Of a stretch of 45,869 nt of DNA, positions 33,762 through 44,848 are shown in pieces. The stretch is from Anaerolineales bacterium (GTDB lineage Bacteria; Chloroflexota; Anaerolineae; Anaerolineales; DRKV01). A program made the position numbers and the translations under genes. Under the pieces are notes generated by a model. The model was not told the origin of the DNA, did no database searches, and saw only the letters and a program-made list of their open reading frames with translations. Every line of letters begins with the position of its first letter. Position 1 is the stretch's first letter. The DNA lies in contig JAGUYX010000088.1 of assembly GCA_020061145.1 (NCBI GenBank), positions 1 to 45,869 on the forward strand, given 5' to 3'.

Positions 33762-34583
33762 ATGACCGACCTGACGATCAATACCGACCTGGCGCGCACG
33801 ATCCTCACCGGCTTTATCCGCACCGAAATCACCCGGGCCGGCTTCAAACGGGCTGTCCTGGGGCTTTCCGGCGGCATCGATTCAACCCTTTCCTGTTTTC
33901 TCACCGCCGAAGCGCTGGGAGCGGAAAACGTCCTGGTCGTGCGCATGCCTTATCGCAGTTCCTCACCAGACTCGTTGAGCGACGCCCAGATGGTGATCGA
34001 TAGGCTGGGAGTTCAGGCCCTCACCATTCCCATCACAGATATGGTCGATCCGCTGCTGGCGCAAATCCCGGCAGAAAACCAGGTGCGCCGTGGCAATGTG
34101 ATGGCGCGCATGCGGATGATCATCCTCTACGATCAATCCGAGGCATTTAAAGGGCTGGTGGTGGGTACCGGCAACAAGACCGAAATCCTGTTAGGTTATA
34201 CCACCCTGTACGGCGATGCGGCCTGTGCACTCAACCCGCTTGGCGATCTTTACAAAACCCAGGTACGCCAGCTGGCGCGGGCAATGGGAGTGCCAGAAAG
34301 CATCATCAATAAACCGCCTTCGGCAGATTTGTGGGCAGGGCAAACAGACGAAGGCGAACTGGGGTTCACCTATGCCGAGGTCGACAGGCTGCTTTACCTG
34401 CTGGTTGACCAACGATACAGCCCGGATGACTGTATTCAAGCCGGGTTCGAGCCGCGCTTCGTTCAGGAAGCGGTGCGCCGTATACGCAAATACCACTATA
34501 AACGCCTGATGCCGCCAATTGCCAAGCTCAGCAACCGCACCATAGGATACGACTTTCTCTATCTGCGGGATTGGGGAACGTAG
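33762..34583 (+). CDS. nadE: NAD+ synthetase (PP-loop ATP pyrophosphatase)
   Basis: The PP-loop reads GLSGGIDSTL, and the rest of the protein also looks NadE-like. Confidence 0.9.
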   Translation: MTDLTINTDLARTILTGFIRTEITRAGFKRAVLGLSGGIDSTLSCFLTAEALGAENVLVVRMPYRSSSPDSLSDAQMVIDRLGVQALTIPITDMVDPLLAQIPAENQVRRGNVMARMRMIILYDQSEAFKGLVVGTGNKTEILLGYTTLYGDAACALNPLGDLYKTQVRQLARAMGVPESIINKPPSADLWAGQTDEGELGFTYAEVDRLLYLLVDQRYSPDDCIQAGFEPRFVQEAVRRIRKYHYKRLMPPIAKLSNRTIGYDFLYLRDWGT

Positions 34584-34648
34584 CCTCCTCTCAAATAAAC
34601 AGGGCAAAAATCACTCCAGAGTCTTAGATAAATACCTAATAGTGGGGG

Positions 34649-34654
34649 TATAAT
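34649..34654 (+). promoter_or_regulatory. possible -10 box (TATAAT) for the MFS gene
   Basis: A perfect TATAAT lies 58 nt upstream of the ATG at 34712. There is no convincing -35. Confidence 0.3.
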
Positions 34655-34711
34655 GGCAGACGCGCCGCTTGATGGCAAAATCAACACACTCGTGGAGTAT
34701 TGTCTTCGATT

Positions 34712-35974
34712 ATGCGTGTTCACATCCCCCCTGCTCTACACCACCACCGGTTTCGCTTGCTGTGGATCGGTTTAGGCATCTCGATAGCCGGCTCCCAGAT
34801 GCAATTATGGTCCTTATTCTGGCATATACGCGAGCTGACCGACCAGCCCATCGCTCTGGGAGGTATCGGTCTGGCGCGCATCCTGCCGCTGATCGTCTTT
34901 TCACTGATCGGTGGGGCGATCGCCGATGTTGCCAACCGGCGCAAGGTGATGTTTCTCACCCAGGGAAGCATGGCCCTGGTTGCTGTGGCATTGGGGACGT
35001 TGACTTTGAGCGGCGACATCCAGCTATGGCATATCTATGCCCTGACTGCGATCCAGGCGGTGGCGGCAGCTTTCGACCTGCCCGCACGCCAGGCATTGGT
35101 GCCCAATTTACTGCCGGCGCGTGATCTGCCAAACGCCTTCAGTATGACCTCGATTGCCTTTCAGACGGGCTCGATCGTTGGCCCGGCTTTGAGCGGGATT
35201 GTCATCGCCAGCCTGGGTCTGGAATGGGTATATTTCCTCAATGCGCTGACCTATATCGCGGTACTCTGGGCATTGATTGCCATGGGAAGCGTTCCCCAGT
35301 CGGTGGTCCGGCGGAGCGCCAACCCGGTCAGCCTGGAAGCGATCCAGGAAGGCATCCGCTTTATCTGGAGCCATCCGATCATCCTCTCCACCATGTTAAT
35401 GGACTTTATCGCCACCTTCTTTTCGTCCGCCAATACTTTGATGCCGATTATCGCCAGAGATGTTTTGCATGTGGGCGCTCTAGAATATGGCTGGTTGTCC
35501 TCCGCCCAGGCAATTGGCGCTATGCTGGCAGCGGTAATCATCTCCCAGATGGAGTCCATACGCCATCAGGGGTGGACATTCTTGCTGGCTGTAGTAGTAT
35601 TTGGGCTGGCGACCGTGCTGTTTGGGTTTGCGCGCTCGGTGCTTGTTGCCATGCTGGCGCTGATCCTGGTTGGGGCGGCAGATTCGGTCAGCACAATCAT
35701 CCGCAATACCATCCGCCAGCTACAAACCCCGGATTATATTCGCGGTCGTATGGTAAGTGTGAACCAGATTTTCTTTGCGGGGGGCCCGCAATTAGGGGAA
35801 ATCGAAGCCGGCGTGGTAGCACAATTCTTCGGCGCACCTTTTGCAGTGATCAGCGGCGGTATCGCCTGTGTGCTGGCGGTGGGTGCAATTGCTCGAAAAT
35901 GGCCGGTGTTAAAGGCATACAATGGCGATGAACCGGTTCTCGCCGGGCAACCCGTCAGTAGTGGAGCGGATTAA
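34712..35974 (+). CDS. MFS transporter
   Basis: About 12 hydrophobic helices, with the motif GAIADVANRRKVM after TM2. I prefer the ATG at 34712 over the TTG at 34700. Confidence 0.85.
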   Translation: MRVHIPPALHHHRFRLLWIGLGISIAGSQMQLWSLFWHIRELTDQPIALGGIGLARILPLIVFSLIGGAIADVANRRKVMFLTQGSMALVAVALGTLTLSGDIQLWHIYALTAIQAVAAAFDLPARQALVPNLLPARDLPNAFSMTSIAFQTGSIVGPALSGIVIASLGLEWVYFLNALTYIAVLWALIAMGSVPQSVVRRSANPVSLEAIQEGIRFIWSHPIILSTMLMDFIATFFSSANTLMPIIARDVLHVGALEYGWLSSAQAIGAMLAAVIISQMESIRHQGWTFLLAVVVFGLATVLFGFARSVLVAMLALILVGAADSVSTIIRNTIRQLQTPDYIRGRMVSVNQIFFAGGPQLGEIEAGVVAQFFGAPFAVISGGIACVLAVGAIARKWPVLKAYNGDEPVLAGQPVSSGAD

Positions 35975-36010
35975 TCCAGAGGGCGTACAAATCGAAGACA
36001 TATACGCTGA

Positions 36011-36664
36011 TCAACTGCGCAGGTCATCTGCGGAAAAGATGACTTCATCTTTTCCGGTCAGCTTTTCTTCGATTTTTTGGCGAACCAGCTCCAGGTGTGC
36101 GTTATGCGCCACATAATCCAGGTCGTCAGCGGGAATACTCAATACCGGGCATAAATTAAAGCTATTGATCCAGGTTTCATACAACTGGTTGAGCTGCGCC
36201 AGGTATTCGGCGGTGATGTGCTGTTCGTAATCACGCCCGCGCTGACGGATACGCCGGATCAGAGTATTTTCGGAGGCGCGCAAATAAACGACCAGATCGG
36301 GTGGGGGTAGAAATTCTGAAAGCACCTGGTATAAGGCGCGGTAAGTTTCATAATCTCGACCTACCAGCAAACCCTGGCGCGCCAGGTTGGCAGCAAAAAC
36401 CTCGGCATCCTCGTAAATGCTGCGATCCTGGATAACCGAAGTGGGATGGTCGAGCAACTGGCGATGTGTTCGCAAACGGCGGGTGAGGAAAAACACCTGC
36501 GATTGAAACGCCCAGGTACGCATATCCTGATAGAAATCCGCCAGGTAAGGATTTTCTCCCTCCGGTTCATAATACGCACGCCAACCCAGCTTGGCGCTTA
36601 ACAGGGATACCAGGGTCGACTTTCCCACACCGATATTCCCTGCCACAACCACAAATTTTTTCAT
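36011..36664 (-). CDS. deoxynucleoside kinase
   Basis: The P-loop reads GNIGVGKST. YYEPEGENPYLADFY, the DRSIYED motif and an Arg-rich lid (RIRQRGRDYE) are also present. Confidence 0.85.
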   Translation of the reverse strand: MKKFVVVAGNIGVGKSTLVSLLSAKLGWRAYYEPEGENPYLADFYQDMRTWAFQSQVFFLTRRLRTHRQLLDHPTSVIQDRSIYEDAEVFAANLARQGLLVGRDYETYRALYQVLSEFLPPPDLVVYLRASENTLIRRIRQRGRDYEQHITAEYLAQLNQLYETWINSFNLCPVLSIPADDLDYVAHNAHLELVRQKIEEKLTGKDEVIFSADDLRS

Positions 36665-36720
36665 TTTGCGGTTCCTTTTTAAAAACTCGTTTGGCTGTCT
36701 CTACGGACGCTCATACAGGA

Positions 36721-39111
36721 TCAGCCTTCGTCGCTGTGTAACCCGATCTGGTGGGCATCTGGCTCCAGGAAAGCGACCGCTTTATTTTTACGTTCATCCA
36801 TGATCAGCTCAAGATGGTGACCCGGTAAAAAGTCACTGACCTGGATCAGGCGTAAGCTATCCATCAACTGACTTTCATTTGGCAGGTAATCCAGCAGGTG
36901 ATTGGGAGTTTGATAAAAGAATGGCCGATTGAAAACTGTCTCTTCGTCGTCCAGAAACACCCCCAGTGGATAAATCTGCGCTTCGACCAGATCCTGAAAA
37001 AAATGGGTGCCAAAAGAAGGTTCTGGCGCGCCAACTCCAATATCCCTACCGGAGAGCTCGATCAGCGCACGTGTATTATAGATATCACCATACCCGATAT
37101 GGACCCCCAGATCCGGATTATTGGTGCCCCAACGTCCCGGGCCTACGCAAATAAAGTCTTTACCTGCCAGGGCTTTATTCAGGCGACCCACTGCCCGGCC
37201 TAGATCTGCGCGTGCTGAAGGGGTAGGCAAACGATAGTACCCTTCAGGGGTAACAAACAACACGTAACGGATATCGCTAACATGCCCTTGCGGCACCATC
37301 CAATGGGTAGAAATTACAATATCATCTTCGGGCAGGTTGCGAGGAATTTCAACCTGGGTCTCCTGAAAATGACTTTGTGGGCGGCACTGTAACAGGCAAA
37401 TCTCTACCTCGGGATGCAGATCGCGAGGATTGAGGATGCGCAAAGTGAATTCCGTATCTACCGGCGTCTGGTAGTGGGTTTCCAGCAAGCGTAAAATCGT
37501 ACGCATCCGCTCGGCAAAAGGTGTGCGCCGTAAAAACTCATCAAAGGTGATCACCAGGTCTTCCGGGGTACCATCCAAAACCGAAGTGCGCACCGGAGCC
37601 AGATAACCTCCACGATCCTTGTGTACCAGGTAGCGTAAGAGCGGGTAATCCAACCCCATTACCTCAGGCACCGGTAAGGTGGTGAACTCATTGGCGGCAA
37701 GGTCGATCACGTCCACATATTGTTGAGAATAACGGCGAATTTCTTTAGGCGTGGCTTCCGGGCGCAAAAGCGGGTGGCTTAAGGCCACCAGGCGGGGATA
37801 ATCGTGACCGACACGTTCAACAGCCCGGGTGCCAAGCCCCCATACCAACCGTAAGAAGCCATCCTCGCGCTGAATCTGCGGCGACCAACGGTACAGGTTG
37901 CGGCTGAAACCCACACCAGCCCCATGCGGGAAATAATAATTATCGTATTGTTCCCCTTCAACTACCTGGATCAAGATCGCCATGCGCTCGTCGTAATCCT
38001 GCAAACCCCGAGCGCGGCGATATAACAAGGCGTCAGGGTTCAAAGCGCTGGCGTACACAATCCGGATGGCCCGGCTTAAGGACTGCATGTTTTCTTCCGG
38101 CGTTCCCTGGTTCGGTACGAAAACGCTATCGTACTTGCCGGCAAAAGAAGTGCCCAGGTTATCCTCCAACAGGCTGGAGGAGCGCACGATCAGCGGTTTG
38201 GGGCCAATGTGATCGAGCAAATGGCGCAGTTCCTGCAGGATATCTGCGGGAAATTCACCCTGTAAAAACTCGTTGACAATTTGCGGGTATTCCGCCCGGA
38301 TTAACTCTTCATGTTTATATTTCTGATCGCCCCATGGCAAAAGCTGGTTGCTTGCCATGAAGGTGTACATCAAATCTGCGCCGAGGAAATAAGATTCCGG
38401 GATGCGCAGGCAGTTCCGAATATCCTCGTCCGCCACCTGGCTGAGAATGCGGGCAGCCAGTAACATACCCGCTGCCTTGCCCCCGATTTTCCCCTGCCCT
38501 ATTTTTCGTCGCCGGATCTCCAACAGATCGGCGACGCCAAACCATTCTTTGGCTATTTTGATATATGCCAGCTGGTCTGAAATGATGGTGCGGATCAGGA
38601 CGACCTTGATTTCCTGCAGACGGGCTTCCGCCTTCTGGCGTTCCTCCGGCGACATTTTTTCAATCGCAAAAGCCTGTTCGAACAGCATATCCTGAGGAGC
38701 CAGCTCCGGATTAAACGATACCAGCAGCTCATCCACATCTGAAATTCGCTCTTGCAGGGTTTCGCGGATGATCTGATCGAATAACTCGTATGGCAGGTTA
38801 TAGGCAAAATAAAAATCGGTCAGGTGGTCACGCAGGCGGGTCAGGCGTAATTCCCATATAGATTGGGTCTCCTGCCCAAATGGATCATGTAAACCTTCAC
38901 GCGCCTGCGAGCGGATAGCCTGCTCACGCGCTTCCGACTCAAACCGTTGAGGGGTAATTACCCCTCGGGCAAATAACTCCTTACGCATGCGGGCGCGAAT
39001 CCGCGTGCTCAAAACAGGGTATTGAGCCAGTGTAAGGTAGATATTGAGCACCCGATCGGTTGAAGCCTGGGGTAAGGTCATATCCTTCCGATCCCCGGAA
39101 ATACTGGCCAT
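36721..39111 (-). CDS. PEP/pyruvate-binding (PPDK N-terminal ATP-grasp) domain protein, 796 aa
   Basis: GGKAAGMLLA and VRSSSLLEDNLGTSFAGKYDS are hallmarks of the family. I see no phosphohistidine swivel motif (TSH). Confidence 0.75.
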   Translation of the reverse strand: MASISGDRKDMTLPQASTDRVLNIYLTLAQYPVLSTRIRARMRKELFARGVITPQRFESEAREQAIRSQAREGLHDPFGQETQSIWELRLTRLRDHLTDFYFAYNLPYELFDQIIRETLQERISDVDELLVSFNPELAPQDMLFEQAFAIEKMSPEERQKAEARLQEIKVVLIRTIISDQLAYIKIAKEWFGVADLLEIRRRKIGQGKIGGKAAGMLLAARILSQVADEDIRNCLRIPESYFLGADLMYTFMASNQLLPWGDQKYKHEELIRAEYPQIVNEFLQGEFPADILQELRHLLDHIGPKPLIVRSSSLLEDNLGTSFAGKYDSVFVPNQGTPEENMQSLSRAIRIVYASALNPDALLYRRARGLQDYDERMAILIQVVEGEQYDNYYFPHGAGVGFSRNLYRWSPQIQREDGFLRLVWGLGTRAVERVGHDYPRLVALSHPLLRPEATPKEIRRYSQQYVDVIDLAANEFTTLPVPEVMGLDYPLLRYLVHKDRGGYLAPVRTSVLDGTPEDLVITFDEFLRRTPFAERMRTILRLLETHYQTPVDTEFTLRILNPRDLHPEVEICLLQCRPQSHFQETQVEIPRNLPEDDIVISTHWMVPQGHVSDIRYVLFVTPEGYYRLPTPSARADLGRAVGRLNKALAGKDFICVGPGRWGTNNPDLGVHIGYGDIYNTRALIELSGRDIGVGAPEPSFGTHFFQDLVEAQIYPLGVFLDDEETVFNRPFFYQTPNHLLDYLPNESQLMDSLRLIQVSDFLPGHHLELIMDERKNKAVAFLEPDAHQIGLHSDEG

Positions 39112-39139
39112 GCCTGGACAAACAAAATAGTTTTAAAGA

Positions 39140-39175
39140 TCTGCAGGTTGCGAATACCGCAGCGCAACCTGCAGA
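39140..39175 (-). terminator. rho-independent terminator after dnaN
   Basis: A 13-bp stem, tctgcaggttgcg / cgcaacctgcaga, with a 10-nt loop. On the minus strand it is followed by TCTTTAAAACTATTTTGTTTG. Confidence 0.7.
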
Positions 39176-39196
39176 CAGAAAAATACAGGCAAGTTT

Positions 39197-40330
39197 TCAG
39201 TTGCCAAGGTGCATGGGCATAATTACATGGGTGAAATTATCCTCGCCAACCGGACGCACCACACCCGGGCTGGTTTCGCTGGTTGTCTCTAAAGCCACAT
39301 TAGGAGTCTGGATAACATCCAGCACTTCACGTAAAAAGCGCACGTTGAAGGCGATTAACATGGGTTTGCCGTCAATATTGGCTTCCACCACATTCTGGTT
39401 GGAGCCGGTTTCTTCTGATTGACCGGAGATTTCGACCGTTCCGGGTTGCAACTCCCCGCCGGGATTAATCTGGATACGGGCGATCAACGAGCTCTCCCGT
39501 GCAAAAATCTCAGCCTGTTTGCAGGCTTTGAGAAACGATTTGGTGTTCAACACCGTCCGTGTCTGATAATTACGCGGAATAATCTGGTGCACATCGGGAT
39601 AAGCGCCTTCAATCAGTTGTGAAATCAACTCAACGTCTTTCAAGCGGAAGATGACCTGGTTCCTGCCGGGTGGGAGCAGCATGGTGACTGCCTGACCTCC
39701 ATCACTGGCGATACGCGCCAGCTCACTCAGAGCCCGCGCCGGGATAATTGCTTCCACGCTGCGCGGCGCCGGGCTGGAGAGCGGAGCAGTGCGCAAAGAT
39801 AAGCGGAAACCATCCGCTGCGGAAAGGGTGATGGTGTTTTCCTCCACGCGGAGCTGCACGCCGGTCAACACGGGGCGCGCTTCGTCCACCGAGGCGGCAA
39901 AGACCACCTGGTAAATCATCTCCTTTAAATCGGCAACGTTTATCTGGATCCCCTCGGAGGTATCCGGTACGGGTAAGGGCGGAAATTCCTGGGCATCGAT
40001 ACAATTAATGGTGGTATCCGAGGCTCCACTGCGCACATTCAATTTCTGAGTGCGCACATTCAGCTCAAGGTCCACGCGTTGATCGGTAAGCGTGTTCACC
40101 AGATCGGTTAAGGTGCGGGCCGGAACTGTCGTCGAGCCCTCCTCTTCGATTTTTGCGCCAATCCAGCAGGTAATACCCAGCTCGAGATTGGTGGCAGACA
40201 GACGCAACCGTCCATCATCGGTGGCGATCAGAACGTTGGCAAGCACCGGTAGCGTGCTGCGCGGCGAAACGGCGCGCGAGACGATGCTCAACCCGTGCGC
40301 AAGATTCTCTTGCAGGACGGAGACTTTCAT
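39197..40330 (-). CDS. dnaN: DNA polymerase III beta subunit (sliding clamp)
   Basis: ATG at 40330 with an AGGAGGA RBS. MKVSVLQENLAHGLSIVSRAV...LPVLANVLI and the three-domain length of 377 aa fit. The track start at 40432 adds an implausible 34 aa. Confidence 0.9.
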   Translation of the reverse strand: MKVSVLQENLAHGLSIVSRAVSPRSTLPVLANVLIATDDGRLRLSATNLELGITCWIGAKIEEEGSTTVPARTLTDLVNTLTDQRVDLELNVRTQKLNVRSGASDTTINCIDAQEFPPLPVPDTSEGIQINVADLKEMIYQVVFAASVDEARPVLTGVQLRVEENTITLSAADGFRLSLRTAPLSSPAPRSVEAIIPARALSELARIASDGGQAVTMLLPPGRNQVIFRLKDVELISQLIEGAYPDVHQIIPRNYQTRTVLNTKSFLKACKQAEIFARESSLIARIQINPGGELQPGTVEISGQSEETGSNQNVVEANIDGKPMLIAFNVRFLREVLDVIQTPNVALETTSETSPGVVRPVGEDNFTHVIMPMHLGN

Positions 40331-40550
40331 TGGCGTGGATCCTCCTGTGGGATGACTATCCCAGATTGTACATTGAGAAGGCCGATTTTTCCAGTCTGGT
40401 AAGCAATTTTGCATCCAGAAAACAAATTTCAAGACCTGCCTACCGGTTAACAGGCGGAAAATCGATTAATCAAAATCACAGGCTGAGTCTGATGGTGTCT
40501 CGAGTTAAGCGCGGTGAATAGCATTCAGCAAGTCTACCCCCAGTAATGCC

Positions 40551-40586
40551 AGGAAAAATCAAACGCCGCCCCTCGCGAAGCGGCGT
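40551..40586 (-). terminator. rho-independent terminator after gdh
   Basis: Stem acgccgc (40563-40569) / gcggcgt (40580-40586). On the minus strand it is followed by TTGATTTTTCC. Confidence 0.65.
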
Positions 40587-40607
40587 ATACAGAATAGGTT
40601 TTCCGGA

Positions 40608-41894
40608 TTATATCCAGCCACGCAATTCCATAGCCTGGACGACTTTATTGATGGCGACCATATAAGCTGCATCACGCATAAATACGCCATGCCGTTCGGC
40701 CATCTCCCGGACATCTTCAAATGCCTGGGTCATCTTGGTGTCCAGACGTTCCAGCACTTCGGTCTTCGTCCAATAATAATTCATATCATTCTGGACGCCT
40801 TCAAAGTACGAAGTCGTCACGCCGCCAGCGTTGCACAGAAAATCCGGGATGACGAATACACGGTTACGCTTGAAAACTTCATCCGCTTCGGGGGTGGTGG
40901 GGCCATTGGCGCCTTCCGCCACCAGCTTGACCCGGTCGGAGACCTTCAGCACCGACTCAGCATTGATCTGTCCTTCGAGCGCGCCGGGGATGAGCACATC
41001 CACATCCTTTTCAATCCAGGCATCGGCGTCTTCGATGGTATACCCGGCCTGAATGGCTTTATCTTTATCGATAGTGCCGTACTGGTCGGTTATGGATTGC
41101 AGATAATGCGGGTCGATCCCACCTGCTTTACTCACTGTATACGCCATGCGGTCATCCCGGTCCCAATAGGAAACACAGGCGACTTTGCCGCCCAATAAAT
41201 CCACGAACCCGATGGCGGCATATTGGGATACATTGCCAAAACCCTGTAAAGCAGCCCAGGAATTTTCCGGATCGAGTTTGAGGTGCTTCATAGCCTCGCG
41301 CACGGTGTAAATCACCCCAAACCCGGTGGCTTCCGTACGACCGAGAGAACCGCCGCCGCCGACCGGTTTGCCGGTAATCACGCCAGGGCTGTAATGACCC
41401 ACCAGTTTGGAATACTGGTCCATCATCCAACCCATCATCTGGGGGGTAGTACCCACGTCAGGGGCGGGCACATCCTGGCGCGGACCAATATTGCGCCACA
41501 TCTGATCCACCCATCCGCGCACCAGACGTTCCTTCTCCGAGGTGGAAAGAGTCGCCGGATCAACCGGTACGCCGCCTTTACCGCCACCCAGAGGGATATC
41601 GGCGACCGCGCATTTCCAGGTCATCCACATCGCCAGGGCGCGGACGGTATCCAGCGTCTCCGCCGGGTGAAAACGAATCCCACCTTTGGACGGCCCACGG
41701 GCATCGTTATGTTGCACCCGGTAACCAAAGAACGTGCGGATACTGCCATCATCCATGCGGACCGGGATCATAAATTTGAATTCGCGCATGGGCCAACGAA
41801 GCATTTCGGCAACCTGGGGATCCAGGTTGAGCAAACCGGCGACTCGGTCGAACTGCGCCTGAGCCATTTGGAATGCATTGACAGTGATTTCCAT
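40608..41894 (-). CDS. gdhA: glutamate dehydrogenase
   Basis: KGGIRFHP, the catalytic Lys region PLGGGKGG and the dinucleotide fold GFGNVSQYAA are present. Length is 428 aa. Confidence 0.9.
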   Translation of the reverse strand: MEITVNAFQMAQAQFDRVAGLLNLDPQVAEMLRWPMREFKFMIPVRMDDGSIRTFFGYRVQHNDARGPSKGGIRFHPAETLDTVRALAMWMTWKCAVADIPLGGGKGGVPVDPATLSTSEKERLVRGWVDQMWRNIGPRQDVPAPDVGTTPQMMGWMMDQYSKLVGHYSPGVITGKPVGGGGSLGRTEATGFGVIYTVREAMKHLKLDPENSWAALQGFGNVSQYAAIGFVDLLGGKVACVSYWDRDDRMAYTVSKAGGIDPHYLQSITDQYGTIDKDKAIQAGYTIEDADAWIEKDVDVLIPGALEGQINAESVLKVSDRVKLVAEGANGPTTPEADEVFKRNRVFVIPDFLCNAGGVTTSYFEGVQNDMNYYWTKTEVLERLDTKMTQAFEDVREMAERHGVFMRDAAYMVAINKVVQAMELRGWI

Positions 41895-41954
41895 TCGTTG
41901 AGATCTCCTGAAAGGGTATTAAATAAACAAATAGGTTGTCCGATTAAGAACTAT

Positions 41955-41981
41955 AGCGGGCACTCCGGTATGGTGCCCGCT
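41955..41981. terminator. hairpin in the gatB-gdh intergenic region
   Basis: A 9-bp stem, agcgggcac / gtgcccgct. The plus-strand side is followed by ACAAATTTTTGG and the minus-strand side by ATAGTTCTTAAT. It probably ends the gatB transcript. Confidence 0.45.
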
Positions 41982-42137
41982 ACAAATTTTTGGTAGGGTT
42001 GGATATATGCCAGTAAGCGCATAGGGAAATTCCCGGTACCGGTTCCAACACACTAACGATAACAGAGGCTCGCCTTCGGGTCAAGTGATGAAGCTCACCC
42101 AGGTGTGCATGACAAAAAACCTTCAACCAGTTGCCTT

Positions 42138-43607
42138 TCAGCGGGTTGTAGAAAGGACTTTCAACTGGCGGTTCAACTCCTGGCGCACCAGACTGGGGTT
42201 CGCCTGCCCTGCTGTCAGGCGCATCACCTGGCCAAATAACCAGTTCTGCAAACCGGTCTTTCCGTTTAAATATTCCTGTACCTGGGCGGGATTTTCATCC
42301 AGTACCTGGCTCACCAAACGGGCGATGGCGGTCTCATCCGAGATCTGGGTGAGGCCACGATCCGTCACGATCTCGGTTGCGCTGCGCCCGGTCTCAAACA
42401 TTTCTGCCAGTACGGTTTTCGCCGTATTCTGGTTGATCTGACCGGTCTCCACCTGCCGGAGCAACCCGGCGAACAGCTCCGGGGTGATGCGCGTGGTTTC
42501 GATACTCTTACCGCTCAGGTTCAGCAGTCCAAACAGGGAGCCGGAGATCCAGATAGCCACCTGGCGCGCCGGTACTTCCGGGGCCAGCTTGACGGTGTCT
42601 TCAAAAAAGTCGGCCACTGCTCTTTCGGCTACCAGCACCGCGGCTTCCTGGCTCCCTAAACCGTACATCTGTTGCAGACGCTTCCAGCGCGGATAAGGCA
42701 GTTCAGGTAAACTGCGCCGGATTTCTTCGATCCAGCTTTTCTCTACGACCAGCGGCGGCAGATCGGGCTCGGGAAAATAACGGTAATCGTCTTCGGTTTC
42801 TTTGTAACGCTGGGTGAAGGTAACCTGCTTTACGTCATCCCAGCCGACGGTTTGCTGCCTTACTTCCCCACCGGATTCCAGCAGCGCGATCTGGCGCTCA
42901 ATTTCGTATGCGGCGGCGCGTTCCAATGCCCGGAAGCTGTTCAGGTTTTTCACTTCGGTACGCGTGCCCAGCTTTTCATCGCCCAGCTTGCGCACCGATA
43001 TATTCGGTTCGATTCGCAGGACACCTTTCTGCATATCACCGGAATTAACCCCCAGGTAGCGCAATACCGAACGCAGACCTTCGGCATACGCGCGCACTTC
43101 ATCGGGAGAATGCAGATCGGGTTCGGTCACGATCTCCAGCAAAGGGATACCGGCGCGGTTCAGGTCTACCAGAGAGTAGGCGATGCCGTTATCCTCGACA
43201 TGCGTCAGTTTGCCGGTATCCTCTTCCAGGTGAACGCGGCGGATACGGACAATCTTCTCGCCGGCAGAGGTAATTACCGGCAGGTACCCATTGCGCGCCA
43301 GCGGAAATTCATACTGAGAAATCTGATATCCTTTGGGCAGGTCGGGGTAGAAATAATTCTTGCGGGCGAAGATGCTGGTTTCGAAAATCTCACAATTTAA
43401 CGCCAGCGCCACGCGGAGGGCATATTCCACCGCTTTTTGATTGATGACCGGCAATACCCCCGGCATCCCGGCGCAGACTGGACAAACGGCACGGTTGGGT
43501 TCGGCTTCGGTCACATCCAGAACCGGGCAGGCGCAAAACATCTTCGAGGCGGTCAATAACTCGGCGTGGATTTCCAGGCCGATGACGGGTTCGTAACTGG
43601 CATTCAA
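42138..43607 (-). CDS. gatB: Asp-tRNA(Asn)/Glu-tRNA(Gln) amidotransferase subunit B
   Basis: The N-terminus reads [13 protein letters not shown], and [12 protein letters not shown] and the C-terminal GatB/YqeY-like tail are present. TTG start. Confidence 0.9.
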   Translation of the reverse strand: MNASYEPVIGLEIHAELLTASKMFCACPVLDVTEAEPNRAVCPVCAGMPGVLPVINQKAVEYALRVALALNCEIFETSIFARKNYFYPDLPKGYQISQYEFPLARNGYLPVITSAGEKIVRIRRVHLEEDTGKLTHVEDNGIAYSLVDLNRAGIPLLEIVTEPDLHSPDEVRAYAEGLRSVLRYLGVNSGDMQKGVLRIEPNISVRKLGDEKLGTRTEVKNLNSFRALERAAAYEIERQIALLESGGEVRQQTVGWDDVKQVTFTQRYKETEDDYRYFPEPDLPPLVVEKSWIEEIRRSLPELPYPRWKRLQQMYGLGSQEAAVLVAERAVADFFEDTVKLAPEVPARQVAIWISGSLFGLLNLSGKSIETTRITPELFAGLLRQVETGQINQNTAKTVLAEMFETGRSATEIVTDRGLTQISDETAIARLVSQVLDENPAQVQEYLNGKTGLQNWLFGQVMRLTAGQANPSLVRQELNRQLKVLSTTR

Positions 43608-43645
43608 AACAAACTCATCCTTCAGTCAATGATATTCTTCTCAAC

Positions 43646-44827
<1,182 letters not shown>

Positions 44828-44848
44828 AGGTTTATCGCCCTCCAGGGA

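Noticed and set aside
35224-35931. A 235-aa plus-strand ORF in another frame of the MFS gene
   Set aside because: The MFS frame gives 12 hydrophobic helices and the MFS loop motif. The alternate frame is Gly/Arg/Cys-rich with no features.
41283-41996. A 237-aa plus-strand ORF
   Set aside because: It is antisense to glutamate dehydrogenase, which is unambiguous. Its composition is low-complexity and rich in Arg, His and Gly.
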